Shown piece after piece: positions 31,691-43,071 of a stretch of DNA of 64,000 bases. Source of the stretch: Escherichia coli (lineage in GTDB: Bacteria; Pseudomonadota; Gammaproteobacteria; Enterobacterales; Enterobacteriaceae); NCBI RefSeq assembly GCF_009931435.1, contig NZ_CP043414.1; one strand, given 5' to 3'. The position numbers were made by a program, and so were the translations under genes. Each line of letters begins with the position of its first letter. The stretch's first letter is position 1. A model generated the notes under the pieces. It made no database searches. It worked only from the letters and a program-made list of their open reading frames with translations, and was not told where the DNA came from.

Positions 31691-32899
31691 CGTCCGCGAG
31701 ATTACCGACGCAATTACGCAGGCTATCAATAAACCGGGGAGTAGCTGATACTCCCCGGTCATTTCACATATCATCAACGTCGACATAATCGGCGCGTGCG
31801 TGGTTGCCGCCAACAGTGTCGCCATCCCGGTCAATCCGAGTAAAAGCGTAATTTCTTCGCCATCAGGGAACCATAATCCCAGGCTACGACCATACAACAT
31901 GCCAATGGCAAGACCGATAAATAGCGTCGGTGTAAAGACACCACCGGGTGCGCCGGAACCGCTACTCGCCAGCACGGCACACAGTTTACAAAGGAAGATC
32001 CCGCCAATGATCATTAACAGTGGTGGGGCGGTTAAAAAGGATTGTACGGTGCTATAGCCGTTGCCCCACACTGCAGGTGTGAACAGGGAAAGCAGACCCA
32101 CGATCAACCCGCCTAGTGCCAGTTGCCAGGGCGGCGCAAGTTTGAGACTCACAAATCCACGATGACAGGCGTTCATTAACGTTAACAACAGTGGTCCGCA
32201 CAGACCTGCCAGCACACCTGTACTGATAATCAGCGCATAGTCACGAGCCTGAACCGTCACTGAGAGTTGTACGCTGTAGAGTAACGCGTCGCTATGATTA
32301 ATCAGATTGCTAACCAGCAATGCCACGACGGCGGAAATAATCACCGGGCCGAGAGAGGCCAACATCATAGTGCCAAACAGCACTTCGGCTATAAATAAAC
32401 TGCCAGCAAGCGGGGCACGATAGGCCGCAGCCATTCCCGCCGCGGCCCCACAGGCGATCCATAATTTCCACTCCTGGCGTGGCGTAAAACGTTGGGCAAA
32501 ACAGGAGGCGGCAAGGGCAGCTAAAAGAATCATCGCACCTTCGCGACCAATTGCACTGCCGCTGGTTACTACCAGCAGCGAGGCAAGCGATTTAACCAGG
32601 CTTGCTGCGTAATCGAACTGTCCATCGGTTTGCAACGCTTCTATGTAATCGGTCGGCGCATGAGGGCGTTGTTGGGTAAATTTCTGCCAGCCCATCAGCA
32701 ACAAACCCGCCGCCAGTCCGCCGAGCGCCGGAGTTAGCAGCCGTCGCCAGGGGGAAAGGTTTGTCGCTGCATTGACCAGACTGCCGGAGTCATTATTGAG
32801 GAACAACCACTCCAGTAGCAGCATCGCGTGACGAAACGCGGCAACGGCAAAGGCCGCAAGAATACCGACTATTGTTGCGATAAGCAGACGGCGGAACAT
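31643..32899 (-). CDS. clcB: ClC-family chloride channel ClcB
   Basis: 418 aa from [17 protein letters not shown]. Contains ClC motifs (GSGIP-like GREGA, GxFxP). Confidence 0.9.
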   Translation of the reverse strand: MFRRLLIATIVGILAAFAVAAFRHAMLLLEWLFLNNDSGSLVNAATNLSPWRRLLTPALGGLAAGLLLMGWQKFTQQRPHAPTDYIEALQTDGQFDYAASLVKSLASLLVVTSGSAIGREGAMILLAALAASCFAQRFTPRQEWKLWIACGAAAGMAAAYRAPLAGSLFIAEVLFGTMMLASLGPVIISAVVALLVSNLINHSDALLYSVQLSVTVQARDYALIISTGVLAGLCGPLLLTLMNACHRGFVSLKLAPPWQLALGGLIVGLLSLFTPAVWGNGYSTVQSFLTAPPLLMIIGGIFLCKLCAVLASSGSGAPGGVFTPTLFIGLAIGMLYGRSLGLWFPDGEEITLLLGLTGMATLLAATTHAPIMSTLMICEMTGEYQLLPGLLIACVIASVISRTLHRDSIYRQHTAQHS

Positions 32900-33092
32900 A
32901 GTGCGCAGATCCGGATAGCTGTGTAGATGGTGCATGAGCAGAAATGGACAATGAAACACGAGCGACTATTTTGCGGCAAAACAGGTTATCGGCAAAAGCA
33001 GTGCGTGCTTAAAGCGATAAAATACGTGACGTTGTAACGTATTATTGCCGAATAACGCGTGATTGTCGCCATCCGGCAATATTGCGGCAACT

Positions 33093-33707
33093 TTATCGAA
33101 ACAGTGGTTTAACCGCGACAGGAATCAACAGTTGTGATTGCCATTGCGCCAGCGTTAAGCGAGCCAGTTCACCCAGCGCACGGTAGAAAGGGTGTTCTGC
33201 TTTTTCGATAAAAACGTCGAGAAAACGTGTTGACCACGGAAAAAGATGCCATGCCAGCAATTCTTCGCATTCTGTCTGGCGACCATTCTCCGCCAACCAT
33301 GCAACCATCAACAGCAGTGAGCCAAAATGATCTTCCGGTTCATTTTGCTTCATTTCAAACTGAATGCCTTTCTCGCGCATCCACTGACGAAGTGCCAATG
33401 TTGAATCGCCAAACATCACAGATTCGCGATCCAGCCAGACAGATCCCCATGGAGGAGACGGCAGAGCCCACGGGCCGACAAATAGACGCTGCCAGGCCTG
33501 GGTTCGAGTCTCTTCACTCTGTGTTTGAAACGCCGTCACCAGCGGCGCTAATGACGCTTCTGGTAGAGGCCACTGAGTTTCCCAGCCGTCACTGGTGAGT
33601 ACCGCAACCAGAGGTGCGGCTTCTGCACTCTCTGGAGCGTAATAAAACAGCGCGCCCAACACGCGCGCCGCGACAGAAAAATTATCTTGCTGTGAAAAAT
33701 GGGTCAT
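33093..33707 (-). CDS. dmsD: Tat proofreading chaperone DmsD
   Basis: 204 aa from MTHFSQQDNFSVAARVLGALFYYAPES. Confidence 0.92.
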   Translation of the reverse strand: MTHFSQQDNFSVAARVLGALFYYAPESAEAAPLVAVLTSDGWETQWPLPEASLAPLVTAFQTQSEETRTQAWQRLFVGPWALPSPPWGSVWLDRESVMFGDSTLALRQWMREKGIQFEMKQNEPEDHFGSLLLMVAWLAENGRQTECEELLAWHLFPWSTRFLDVFIEKAEHPFYRALGELARLTLAQWQSQLLIPVAVKPLFR

Positions 33708-33749
33708 TCCTAACATCCTGAAATGTGCGGGTTGCCCCGCACCAATTTG

Positions 33750-34604
33750 TTAACCTGCAATAGCCATTCCTACCGTCATGTGCAGGCCATAAAAGAGCAC
33801 ACGCCCGATCATCTCACCGCCAAGTATGAGGATTAGCCCCAGAATAAGTCCGGCAACGTGAGGTTCACGGCGACGAATGAGCGGACAAAGCCAGCATCCT
33901 AGACCTGCGCATAACAATACCACACGCCAGACCTGTAAGGAGGCGTAATCTGGTACCAGTGCGCTGGCTTGTTGTACGGATGAGTGAATAGACGCCAGAG
34001 ACAAACCTTGCAGCACAATCACCCCGGCACAAGCGATCAGCGCCAGAACGCTAATGATGGCAAATGGTGTGGTATTAAATGTAACGCGGGCTGCCCGCAG
34101 AATTGCGGCAGCAAGTATTGGACCGCTCAATAAAACTGTCAGGAAGAAAGCCAGCGTAGTGTAACCGTTATGCCAGGTTGGCACAGTGTCGATTTGATAC
34201 ACGCAGGTCATCATCCAGACGAAAATGACGCCGAGCGCCATGCTGACAAGTAACCAGAGTTTCCCCAGCGCTTGCGGCATTTTACCAATGACCGCCACCA
34301 GCCACCATAATCCGCCAACGGCAAAAAATATTGAACCGGCAGCAATCTCGTTACTCAGGCCGGAAGCTCCGATTCGATTCAGCGAGTTAAACGCCCGCAG
34401 TGGCGATCCCAGGTGCATGACAGAGGCAATAAACCCGATGCCCATCAGCAGCCAGAGGAAAAACATGCCACGGACAATACGCTGACGGTCTGCGTCATTT
34501 TTGCTGGCGAACCAGCCGATTCCGCTAATAATCAGCGCGCCTACGACGCATTGGCCCAATACGGTAAAGATAACCAGTGGCCATTCGTGCCATCCATTTC
34601 CCAT
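33750..34604 (-). CDS. ynfH: DmsC-like membrane anchor subunit
   Basis: 284 aa with eight transmembrane segments. Confidence 0.9.
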   Translation of the reverse strand: MGNGWHEWPLVIFTVLGQCVVGALIISGIGWFASKNDADRQRIVRGMFFLWLLMGIGFIASVMHLGSPLRAFNSLNRIGASGLSNEIAAGSIFFAVGGLWWLVAVIGKMPQALGKLWLLVSMALGVIFVWMMTCVYQIDTVPTWHNGYTTLAFFLTVLLSGPILAAAILRAARVTFNTTPFAIISVLALIACAGVIVLQGLSLASIHSSVQQASALVPDYASLQVWRVVLLCAGLGCWLCPLIRRREPHVAGLILGLILILGGEMIGRVLFYGLHMTVGMAIAG

Positions 34605-34605
34605 T

Positions 34606-35223
34606 TTAAACTTCCTCCGGATTAGCCAGGTAACCAGTGGTATCGCCGGTCGGGCGGCTGTTGGCGTTAGGTTTGATTACGATATTAGGTTTTGTAAAAT
34701 GCGCGCGCGGCAGTGGCGCGACGGCAGCCAGAGTACCGTGTTTCTGGCGCAGTTCTTCAATTGGACCGAATTCAAGTGCACGCAGCGGGCAGGATTCGAC
34801 ACATATGGGTTGTTTCCCCTCGGCGACGCGCGAATAACAACCATCGCACTTCGTCATGTGTCCTTTTTCAGCATTGTACTGTGGCGCGCCGTACGGACAG
34901 GCCATGTGGCAGTAGCGGCAGCCGATACAAACGTCTTCATCAACCACCACAAAGCCATCTTCACGCTTATGCATTGCGCCGCTGGGGCAGACTTTTGTAC
35001 ATGCGGGGTCATCGCAATGGTTACAGGAGATGGAGAGATAATAAGCGAACACGTTCTGGTGCCAGACGCCATTATCTTCCTGCCAGTCGCCGCCAGCGTA
35101 TTCATAAATACGGCGGAAACTGACTTCCGGGCCAAGATCTTTAAAATCTTTGCACGCCAGTTCGCAGGTTTTACAGCCAGTACAGCGGCTGGAATCGATA
35201 AAAAATCCATATTGTGTGGTCAT
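34606..35223 (-). CDS. ynfG: DmsB-like 4Fe-4S ferredoxin subunit
   Basis: 205 aa with four CxxCxxCxxxCP clusters. Confidence 0.94.
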   Translation of the reverse strand: MTTQYGFFIDSSRCTGCKTCELACKDFKDLGPEVSFRRIYEYAGGDWQEDNGVWHQNVFAYYLSISCNHCDDPACTKVCPSGAMHKREDGFVVVDEDVCIGCRYCHMACPYGAPQYNAEKGHMTKCDGCYSRVAEGKQPICVESCPLRALEFGPIEELRQKHGTLAAVAPLPRAHFTKPNIVIKPNANSRPTGDTTGYLANPEEV

Positions 35224-35233
35224 GGGCTACTCC

Positions 35234-37657
35234 TTAAACCTTTTCGATCTGGACGAGATTGCTGTGCGACGGGTTTCCCTTTGCCAGCGGTGAAGGGCGG
35301 TGAGAGGTCAGAATATTGATACTGCCGCCGTGATCGACCCGGTCACCAAACATATCCGCTTTAAGCCACGCACCTTGCCCGATGGCGGTAACGCCAGGCA
35401 GAATACGCGGAGTCACTTTTGCGGCAATCAGCATTTCTCCATTATTGTTAAATACCCGCACTGTATCGCCATGACGGATACCGCGTGCCTGAGCATCAAT
35501 GGGGTTGATCCACACCTCTTGTGGGCAGGCCTGCTGTAACACATCAATATTGCCGTAACTGGAGTGGGTACGCGCTTTGTAGTGGAAGCCCGTTAGCTGC
35601 AGTGGATAGGTTTTGCGCAGGGGATCGTCCCAGCCATCAAAACCTGGGGTATACGCAGGAAGGGGATGAATTATTTCATCTTTTTTCAATTCCCATGTGT
35701 CAGCAATCGTCGCCAGCCGTTCAGAATAAATTTCGATTTTCCCCGAAGGTGTTTTCAACGGGTTTGCCTGTGGATCTTCACGGAATGCGCGGAAAGCGAC
35801 GTAATGTTCTTCCGGGCATTTTTTCTTAAAGATCCCGGTCGTTTTCATCTCCTCGTAGTCCGGCATCTCAGGGTTACGTTCCTTCGTTTTCGCATGGAGA
35901 TATTTGATCCATTCATGCTGACTGCGACCTTCAGTAAAGGTTTGATAAACGTCTGGTCCTAAGCGTTTGGCGACTTCACTCAGCATCCAGTAGATGGGTT
36001 TGCGTTCAAATTTTGCTGAGGTTGCGGGTTGGGCGAGGATCACATAGCCCATATTCCCTGCAGATTCATGAGAGATAAGGTCTTCTTGCTCTGTTGGCAT
36101 CAGGTCGGGCAACAGGATATCGCAATACTTAGCCGAGGCCGTCATGAAGTGGTCAATGCCAACAATCATCTCGCACTTGCTGTCATCCTGAAGCACCTCA
36201 TGGGTGTGATTGATGTCGCCATGTTGATTGATCAATGTGTTACTGGCGTAGCACCATAAAAACTTGATTGGCACATCCAGTTTTTCTTTTCCACGAATAC
36301 CATCACGGGTCGCGGTCATTTCCGTACCGTGGTCGATGGCATCTGTCCATGTAAAGACGGAAATCTGCGTTTTAACAGGATTATCAAGCATCGGGAACCA
36401 TTCGACCCCCAGATCCCAGCTACCTTCGCGTACACCTGAGTTGCCGCCGTTTATGCCGACGTTACCGGTGAGAACGGAAAGCATGGCAATAGCGCGGGAC
36501 GTTTGCTCACCGTTGGAGTGTCGTTGTGGCCCCCAACCCTGACAAATATAAGCAGGTTTTGCGGAACCGATCTCTCGTGCCAACTGGATAATTTTTTCTT
36601 CCGGGATGCTGGTGATTTTTGCTGCCCATTCCGGCGTTTTAGCTATGCCGTCAGGCCCTTCGCCCAGAATATAGGCTTTATAATGCGCGTTACGTGGTGC
36701 GTTGGCGGGCAGCGTTTTTTCATCGTAACCAACACAATATTTGTCGAGAAATGGCTGATCGACCATGTTTTCCGTAATCAGTACCCAGGCAATCGCACAG
36801 GCCAGTGCGCCATCGGTGCCGGGGCGAATGGGCAGCCATTCATCTTCACGCCCGGCAGCTGTGTCGTTATAACGTGGATCAATGACGATCATGCGTGCGT
36901 TTGAACGTTCGCGGGCTTGCTCGACGTAGTAAGTGACACCACCGCCGCTCATCCGGGTTTCTGCCGGGTTATTTCCGAACATAACGACCAGCTTCGTATT
37001 GGCGATATCATCCGGACTGTTGCCATCATTGGCACCGAACATATAACTCATTGCGGCACTGATCTGTGCGGTACTGTAGCTGCCATAGCGACTGAGAAAA
37101 CCACCACAAGAGTTCATCAGACGGTACGGGACGTTTGAGTTGGTGATGTTTCCGCCATCTACGCCTGTTCCGTACAGGACATGTACAGCCTCATTGCCGT
37201 AATCTTTTAGGATCCGCCGAAGATTATCACTGATGGTATCCAGGGCTTCGTTCCAACTTATCCGTTCAAATTTACCTTCACCGCGCTTGCCGACGCGCTT
37301 CATGGGATATTTCAGCCGATCAGGATGATTCATCCGTCGGCGGATAGAGCGCCCGCGTAAACAGGCCCGAACCTGATGATTGCCGTAAACGTCGTCACCT
37401 GTCGTATCAGACTCCACCCAGTACACAGTGTCATCTTTCACATGCAAACGTAACAGACAGCGGCTCCCGCAGTTAACGGTGCAGGAACTCCAGACCGCTT
37501 TCTCTTCTACCGGAGCCTCTGCCGCTCGGACCATTTGGGAAAATGGCAGAGTGAAAGCACTGCTTGCCAGCGCGAGACTGCCAAGTGCGGAGGTTTTCAT
37601 CAGACTTCTACGGCTGATTTCAGCCTTCATGAGCGCCTCTGTGGTATGGATTTTCAT
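35234..37657 (-). CDS. ynfF: DmsA-like molybdopterin oxidoreductase (Tat signal)
   Basis: 807 aa with twin-arginine motif SRRSLMK. An alternative start one codon upstream is possible. Confidence 0.92.
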   Translation of the reverse strand: MKIHTTEALMKAEISRRSLMKTSALGSLALASSAFTLPFSQMVRAAEAPVEEKAVWSSCTVNCGSRCLLRLHVKDDTVYWVESDTTGDDVYGNHQVRACLRGRSIRRRMNHPDRLKYPMKRVGKRGEGKFERISWNEALDTISDNLRRILKDYGNEAVHVLYGTGVDGGNITNSNVPYRLMNSCGGFLSRYGSYSTAQISAAMSYMFGANDGNSPDDIANTKLVVMFGNNPAETRMSGGGVTYYVEQARERSNARMIVIDPRYNDTAAGREDEWLPIRPGTDGALACAIAWVLITENMVDQPFLDKYCVGYDEKTLPANAPRNAHYKAYILGEGPDGIAKTPEWAAKITSIPEEKIIQLAREIGSAKPAYICQGWGPQRHSNGEQTSRAIAMLSVLTGNVGINGGNSGVREGSWDLGVEWFPMLDNPVKTQISVFTWTDAIDHGTEMTATRDGIRGKEKLDVPIKFLWCYASNTLINQHGDINHTHEVLQDDSKCEMIVGIDHFMTASAKYCDILLPDLMPTEQEDLISHESAGNMGYVILAQPATSAKFERKPIYWMLSEVAKRLGPDVYQTFTEGRSQHEWIKYLHAKTKERNPEMPDYEEMKTTGIFKKKCPEEHYVAFRAFREDPQANPLKTPSGKIEIYSERLATIADTWELKKDEIIHPLPAYTPGFDGWDDPLRKTYPLQLTGFHYKARTHSSYGNIDVLQQACPQEVWINPIDAQARGIRHGDTVRVFNNNGEMLIAAKVTPRILPGVTAIGQGAWLKADMFGDRVDHGGSINILTSHRPSPLAKGNPSHSNLVQIEKV

Positions 37658-37717
37658 CATTACTCACTTATTGCTTTTCAAACAAAATGTCATGCCAGAA
37701 TTTATGGTTGTAGTGGG

Positions 37718-40144
37718 TTATATTTTTTCGATCTCGACCAGATTAGTGTGCTGCGGGTTTCCCTTCGCCAGTGGTGAAGGGCGCAGAGTGGTTAGCGTAT
37801 TTACACAGCCGCCGTGGTCGATTTTATCGCCAGACATATTGGCCTCGTGCCAGGCTCCCTGGCCCATAGCGCTAACTCCAGGGAGAATGCGTGGTGTCAC
37901 TTTGGCTGGTAGCCGAACTTCGCCACGATGGTTAAACACCCGCACCATATCGCCGTTGGCAATCCCACGTTTCTGTGCATCTATAGGGTTGATCCACACT
38001 TCCTGACGGCAGGCTGCCTTCAGGACATCAATGTTGCCGTAGGTCGAGTGAGTACGGGATTTGTAATGGAAACCAAACAGTTGCAGTGGGAAGGTACTAC
38101 GTTCAGGGGAGTCCCAGCCTTCAAAGGTTGAGGCATAAACCGGCAGTGGGCTTATCACTTCATCTTTTTCCAGTTCCCAGGTACGGGCAATTTCCGCCAG
38201 CTTGCTGGAATAAATTTCAATCTTACCGGAAGGCGTTTTAAGTGGATTTGCCTCGGGGTCGTCACGAAATGCTTTGTAGGCGACAAAATGACCATTGGGA
38301 TCTTTACGCTTATAGATACCCATTTTTTTCAGTTCGTCGTAAGACGGTAACGCCGGATCTTTGGCAAGCATTTTGGCGTACAGATGTTGTAACCATTGTT
38401 CCTGGGTGCGACCTTCAGTGAACTTTTGATAGACGTCAGGTCCAAGACGATTCGCGACTTCACTCAGGATCCAGTAAATCGGTTTGCGTTCGAATTTTTC
38501 GCTGGTGACTGGCTGGAGGAAAATGAGATATCCCATGTTACCGGCGTAATCGTTAGGAATAATATCTTCCTGCTCAACGGTCATCAGGTCTGGCAGCAGA
38601 ATGTCGGCATATTTTGCCGATGAGGTCATAAAGTTTTCGATGACCACAATCATTTCGCATTTCGATTCGTCCTGCAGAATTTCATGCGTTTTGTTAATGT
38701 CAGAATGCTGATTAACCAAGGTATTTCCCGCGTAGTTCCAGATGAACTTAATGGGCACATCCAGTTTATCTTTGCCGCGGACGCCGTCGCGGATTGCCGT
38801 CATTTGCGGGCCATGATCGATAGCATCCGTCCAGCTGAAGCAGGAGATTGATGTTTTGACCGGATTATCCAGCACCGGCAGGCGTTCTATGGTAATGGTA
38901 TAGGTGGATTCACGCGCGCCACTATTTCCGCCGCTGATGCCGACATTGCCCGTCAGAATAGGCAACATCGCAATAGCGCGTGCGGTCAGCTCACCGTTTG
39001 CCTGGCGTTGCGGTCCCCAACCCTGGCAGATATAAGCGGGTTTTGCTGTGCCGATTTCACGCGCCAGTTTGATGATACGGTCCACCGGGATACCGGTAAT
39101 TTGCGAAGCCCACTGCGGCGTTTTCGCTGTGTTATCATCACCTTCACCAAGAATATAGGCTTTATAGTGACCATTTTTTGGTGCATCTGCGGGTAAGGTT
39201 TTTTCGTCATAGCCGACGCAGTATTTATCGAGAAAAGGTTGATCAACGAGATTTTCGTTAATCAATACCCAGGCAATACCCGCAACCAGCGCGGCATCGG
39301 TGCCCGGGCGAATAGGAAGCCATTCGTCTTCACGACCGGCAGCCGTATCGGTATATCGCGGATCGATAACAATCATTTTTGCGTTCGATTTCTCGCGCGC
39401 TTTTTCAAGAAGATAAGTGATGCCACCGCCGCTCATGCGGGTTTCTGCCGGGTTGTTACCAAACATCACGACCAGCTTGCTGTTTTCAATATCCGTGGTG
39501 CTGTTGCCATCATTACTGCCGTAGGTGTAGGGCATGGCACAGGAAATTTGCGCGGTGCTGTAGGAGCCATACTGATTGAGTGAACCGCCGTAGCAGTTCA
39601 TCAGGCGTTTGACCGCCGAGGCTGATGGTGAAGAGCGGGTCATATTGCCGCCAACAATCCCCGAAGAGTACTGAATATATACAGCCTCATTGCCATATTG
39701 TTCGACGGTTTTTTTCAGGCTACTGGCGATAGTATCCAGGGCTTCATCCCAGCTAATCCGTTCGAATTTGCCTTCGCCGCGTTTGCCCACGCGTTTCATT
39801 GGGTAATTCAAGCGATCGGGATGATTAATACGCCGACGGATGGACCGACCGCGCAAACAGGCGCGTACTTGATGATTGCCATACTCGTCGCTGCCGGTGT
39901 TGTCAGTTTCCACCCAGGTGACTTCATTATCTTTAACATGTAGACGAAGTGCACAGCGGCTACCACAGTTGACGGAACAGGCACCCCAGACCACTTTTTC
40001 GCTGGCCTGTTGTACCGCTGCCGCTGCACTGCGCAGGGTGAACGGTAAAGAAAAACCGCCTGCAGCCAGCGCCAGAGAACCTATCGCGGTAGATTTAACG
40101 AGTGTTCTGCGGCTGATGCCCACCATTTGTTCATTTTTGGACAT
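37718..40144 (-). CDS. ynfE: DmsA-like molybdopterin oxidoreductase / selenate reductase subunit (Tat signal)
   Basis: 808 aa with twin-arginine motif SRRTLVK. Tandem paralogue of ynfF. Confidence 0.92.
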   Translation of the reverse strand: MSKNEQMVGISRRTLVKSTAIGSLALAAGGFSLPFTLRSAAAAVQQASEKVVWGACSVNCGSRCALRLHVKDNEVTWVETDNTGSDEYGNHQVRACLRGRSIRRRINHPDRLNYPMKRVGKRGEGKFERISWDEALDTIASSLKKTVEQYGNEAVYIQYSSGIVGGNMTRSSPSASAVKRLMNCYGGSLNQYGSYSTAQISCAMPYTYGSNDGNSTTDIENSKLVVMFGNNPAETRMSGGGITYLLEKAREKSNAKMIVIDPRYTDTAAGREDEWLPIRPGTDAALVAGIAWVLINENLVDQPFLDKYCVGYDEKTLPADAPKNGHYKAYILGEGDDNTAKTPQWASQITGIPVDRIIKLAREIGTAKPAYICQGWGPQRQANGELTARAIAMLPILTGNVGISGGNSGARESTYTITIERLPVLDNPVKTSISCFSWTDAIDHGPQMTAIRDGVRGKDKLDVPIKFIWNYAGNTLVNQHSDINKTHEILQDESKCEMIVVIENFMTSSAKYADILLPDLMTVEQEDIIPNDYAGNMGYLIFLQPVTSEKFERKPIYWILSEVANRLGPDVYQKFTEGRTQEQWLQHLYAKMLAKDPALPSYDELKKMGIYKRKDPNGHFVAYKAFRDDPEANPLKTPSGKIEIYSSKLAEIARTWELEKDEVISPLPVYASTFEGWDSPERSTFPLQLFGFHYKSRTHSTYGNIDVLKAACRQEVWINPIDAQKRGIANGDMVRVFNHRGEVRLPAKVTPRILPGVSAMGQGAWHEANMSGDKIDHGGCVNTLTTLRPSPLAKGNPQHTNLVEIEKI

Positions 40145-40342
40145 AACTCACTCCCTGTTCTTTATCGTTATATAAAAGTTTATATATTGAATATTTAGCG
40201 CGCTAACAATAGAGGGAGTCTACCCATTTTGGGTTAAGAATTATTAATGCATATCAATAGAAGGGTATGAGTAATAAGGCGGGATTATGTTGTATGTTCA
40301 TATCGCCGGACCTGTTGAATCCGGCGTTTAGTCAATAATGTG

Positions 40343-40648
40343 TTACTGCGGTTCGGCAGGCGCGCCATCCTGAGTAGACTGCGCGGGGGCAGAGACATTA
40401 CCGCTGGTGGTGCGGGTGTAAAGAATTTTATGCGTATCATTGGCGCAATGCCCGACGACCTGGGAATCAGGCTGATCAACCTGGTCATTGGGTACAATAC
40501 TTAACGTGAAGCTGCTTTCGGGTACGCCATTATTGATAATGCGCTGTGATATATCGCTCTGTATGCGCTCACAGGAAACCGGCACGGCGAGTACCGCGGG
40601 TGAGGTGAGTGCGAGCAGAAGCGCGGCACAGCAAGTTGAGAGTTTCAT
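40343..40648 (-). CDS. ynfD: DUF1161 periplasmic protein
   Basis: 101 aa from MKLSTCCAALLLALTSPAVLA. Confidence 0.8.
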   Translation of the reverse strand: MKLSTCCAALLLALTSPAVLAVPVSCERIQSDISQRIINNGVPESSFTLSIVPNDQVDQPDSQVVGHCANDTHKILYTRTTSGNVSAPAQSTQDGAPAEPQ

Positions 40649-40755
40649 CATAAGCTCCTTACGCGAATATAACTTCTTTAAGCATAGCATTTAACGTGTA
40701 AAGTACTGTATTTGCTACTATGATTGAGAATCATCTCTACTGTCTGGTGACTGTT

Positions 40756-41466
40756 GTGAAATACAAATTACTACCATGCTTACTCGCGATATTACTCACA
40801 GGATGTGACCGCACAGAGGTAACACTTTCATTTACCCCTGAGATGGCCAGTTTCTCTAATGAATTCGATTTTGATCCGCTGCGTGGTCCGGTAAAAGATT
40901 TCACTCAGACATTAATGGATGAGCAAGGGGAAGTAACGAAGCGTGTTTCGGGGACTTTGTCGGAAGAAGGCTGTTTTGATTCACTCGAATTACTGGATCT
41001 GGAAAATAATACCGTGGTTGCCCTGGTATTGGACGCCAATTATTACCGTGATGCCCAGACGCTGGAGAAAAGAGTTCGTTTGCAGGGAAAATGCCAGCTA
41101 GCAGAATTACCTTCTGCCGGGGTGAGTTGGGAAACCGATGATAATGGCTTCGTGATTAAAGCCAGCAGCAAACAGATGCAGATGGAATATCGCTATGATG
41201 ATCAGGGTTATCCGCTGGGTAAAACCACGAAAAGTAACGACAAAACATTATCTGTTAGCGCTACGCCATCAACGGATCCGATCAAAAAATTAGATTACAC
41301 AGCGGTTACTTTACTGAATAATCAACGGGTAGGTAATGTAAAACAGAGCTGTGAATATGACAGTCACGCCAATCCGGTGGACTGTCAGCTAATCATTGTT
41401 GATGAAGGAGTAAAACCCGCCGTCGAACGGGTTTATACCATCAAAAATACAATAGATTATTATTAA
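40756..41466 (+). CDS. ynfC: UPF0257 lipoprotein YnfC, GTG start
   Basis: 236 aa. VKYKLLPCLLAILLTGC lipobox. GTG at 40756 gives the known N-terminus. Confidence 0.8.
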   Translation: MKYKLLPCLLAILLTGCDRTEVTLSFTPEMASFSNEFDFDPLRGPVKDFTQTLMDEQGEVTKRVSGTLSEEGCFDSLELLDLENNTVVALVLDANYYRDAQTLEKRVRLQGKCQLAELPSAGVSWETDDNGFVIKASSKQMQMEYRYDDQGYPLGKTTKSNDKTLSVSATPSTDPIKKLDYTAVTLLNNQRVGNVKQSCEYDSHANPVDCQLIIVDEGVKPAVERVYTIKNTIDYY

Positions 41467-41468
41467 TG

Positions 41469-42029
41469 CTATTGTGCGGTCGGCTTCAGGAGAGTCTGCC
41501 CCGGTGTTTTGTGCTCTGCCAGATACTGATGCTGGAATATGCACATACGAATGGCATTACGATATTGACCATTAATAAAGAACTCATGCATCAATTCACC
41601 TTCAACCGTAAAGCCAAGCTTACGGTAAATGTGAATTGCTTTTTCGTTCTCTTTATCGACGATCAGATACAGCTTATAAAGATTGAGAACGGTGAAGCCA
41701 TAGTCCATTGCTAATTTTGCGGCGCGGGTAGCCAGACCTTTCCCCTGATATTCCGGGGAGATAATTATCTGAAATTCTGCGCGGCGATGGACATGGTTAA
41801 TTTCCACCAGCTCCACCAGACCGGCTTTTTCGCCGTCACATTCCACCACAAAGCGCCGTTCGCTCTGATCGTGAATATGCTTATCGTACAGATCAGAGAG
41901 TTCAACAAAGGCTTCGTAGGGTTCCTCAAACCAGTAACGCATCACACTGGCGTTATTGTCGAGTTGATGTACATAGCGTAAATCTTCACGCTCCAGCGGG
42001 CGTAGCTTAACACTGTGGGCGCTTGGCAT
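41469..42029 (-). CDS. speG: spermidine N1-acetyltransferase
   Basis: 186 aa with a GNAT fold. Recognised as SpeG. Confidence 0.95.
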   Translation of the reverse strand: MPSAHSVKLRPLEREDLRYVHQLDNNASVMRYWFEEPYEAFVELSDLYDKHIHDQSERRFVVECDGEKAGLVELVEINHVHRRAEFQIIISPEYQGKGLATRAAKLAMDYGFTVLNLYKLYLIVDKENEKAIHIYRKLGFTVEGELMHEFFINGQYRNAIRMCIFQHQYLAEHKTPGQTLLKPTAQ

Positions 42030-42063
42030 AACGTGTCCTTACATTCCTTAAATCAATAACAGG

Positions 42064-42405
42064 TTAGGGGGTAATAACGCGGCCAGTTCGACGGTCCAGG
42101 CAGCGCAATGTATTTGGCTCCCAGTAGGCATTGATATTGGCGCTTTGCTCACATTTATCGCGGTTATCAAAAGCGGCGTCGGCTTTATCCCACTCTTTTT
42201 CAGTGCGTTTATTCACTTTCTGGCGCAGATTGCGCGTGTCATTCCATTGCTCTTTTTCCATAGCGGCGTGCTGGCGGCTTTGTGCACTGTCGCCAGACTC
42301 AATCACCAGTTTGTTAGTTTCGGCATGAACAGTTGTGCTCAATGCCAGTGTGCAAGGCAGCAGAAAAGCGAGCAGGCCAATTCGTTTGCTGAGAGTAGTT
42401 TTCAT
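42064..42405 (-). CDS. ynfB: UPF0482 periplasmic protein
   Basis: 113 aa with a signal peptide. Confidence 0.85.
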   Translation of the reverse strand: MKTTLSKRIGLLAFLLPCTLALSTTVHAETNKLVIESGDSAQSRQHAAMEKEQWNDTRNLRQKVNKRTEKEWDKADAAFDNRDKCEQSANINAYWEPNTLRCLDRRTGRVITP

Positions 42406-42539
42406 AATTCATTCCCTGTATGAATGATTAAAGGTGATTCTACACCATCCACTGCGAACGCAAAACGTACCAGGAGGATGTTTATATTGATGATATTATG
42501 TCGTCCTATAACTATACATGATGTCAATAAGTGACAAAG

Positions 42540-42866
42540 ATGATTAAAACAACGTTACTGTTTTTTGCTACTGCGCTGTGTGAAATTATTGGATGCTTTC
42601 TGCCCTGGTTGTGGTTAAAACGAAACGCCAGTATCTGGCTGTTGCTTCCGGCGGGGATTTCTCTGGCACTGTTTGTCTGGTTGTTAACGTTGCATCCTGC
42701 GGCGAGTGGGCGTGTTTACGCGGCTTATGGTGGCGTTTATGTCTGCACGGCGTTGATTTGGCTGCGCGTTGTGGATGGCGTAAAACTGAGTCTTTATGAC
42801 TGGACGGGGGCGTTGATTGCGCTTTGCGGCATGTTGATCATTGTTGCGGGCTGGGGGCGCGCGTAA
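42540..42866 (+). CDS. ynfA: UPF0060 inner membrane protein
   Basis: 108 aa from [19 protein letters not shown]. Confidence 0.85.
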
Positions 42867-43071
42867 GGACATAAATCCATTTTATCAATAAGATACAAGG
42901 AAGTGTCAGCTGACAAAAGGTATTCTATTTCATCTTTTGTCAACCATTCACGGCGCAAATATACGCCTTTTTTTGTGATCACTCCGGCTTTTTTCGATCC
43001 TCATACTTGTATGGTAGTAGCTCAGTTGCGTAGATTTCATGCATCACGACAAGCGATGCAAGGAATCGAAC

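Noticed and set aside
34501-35319. 272-aa plus-strand ORF
   Set aside because: Antisense across ynfG/ynfH. The real genes on the minus strand have clear Fe-S and membrane signatures.
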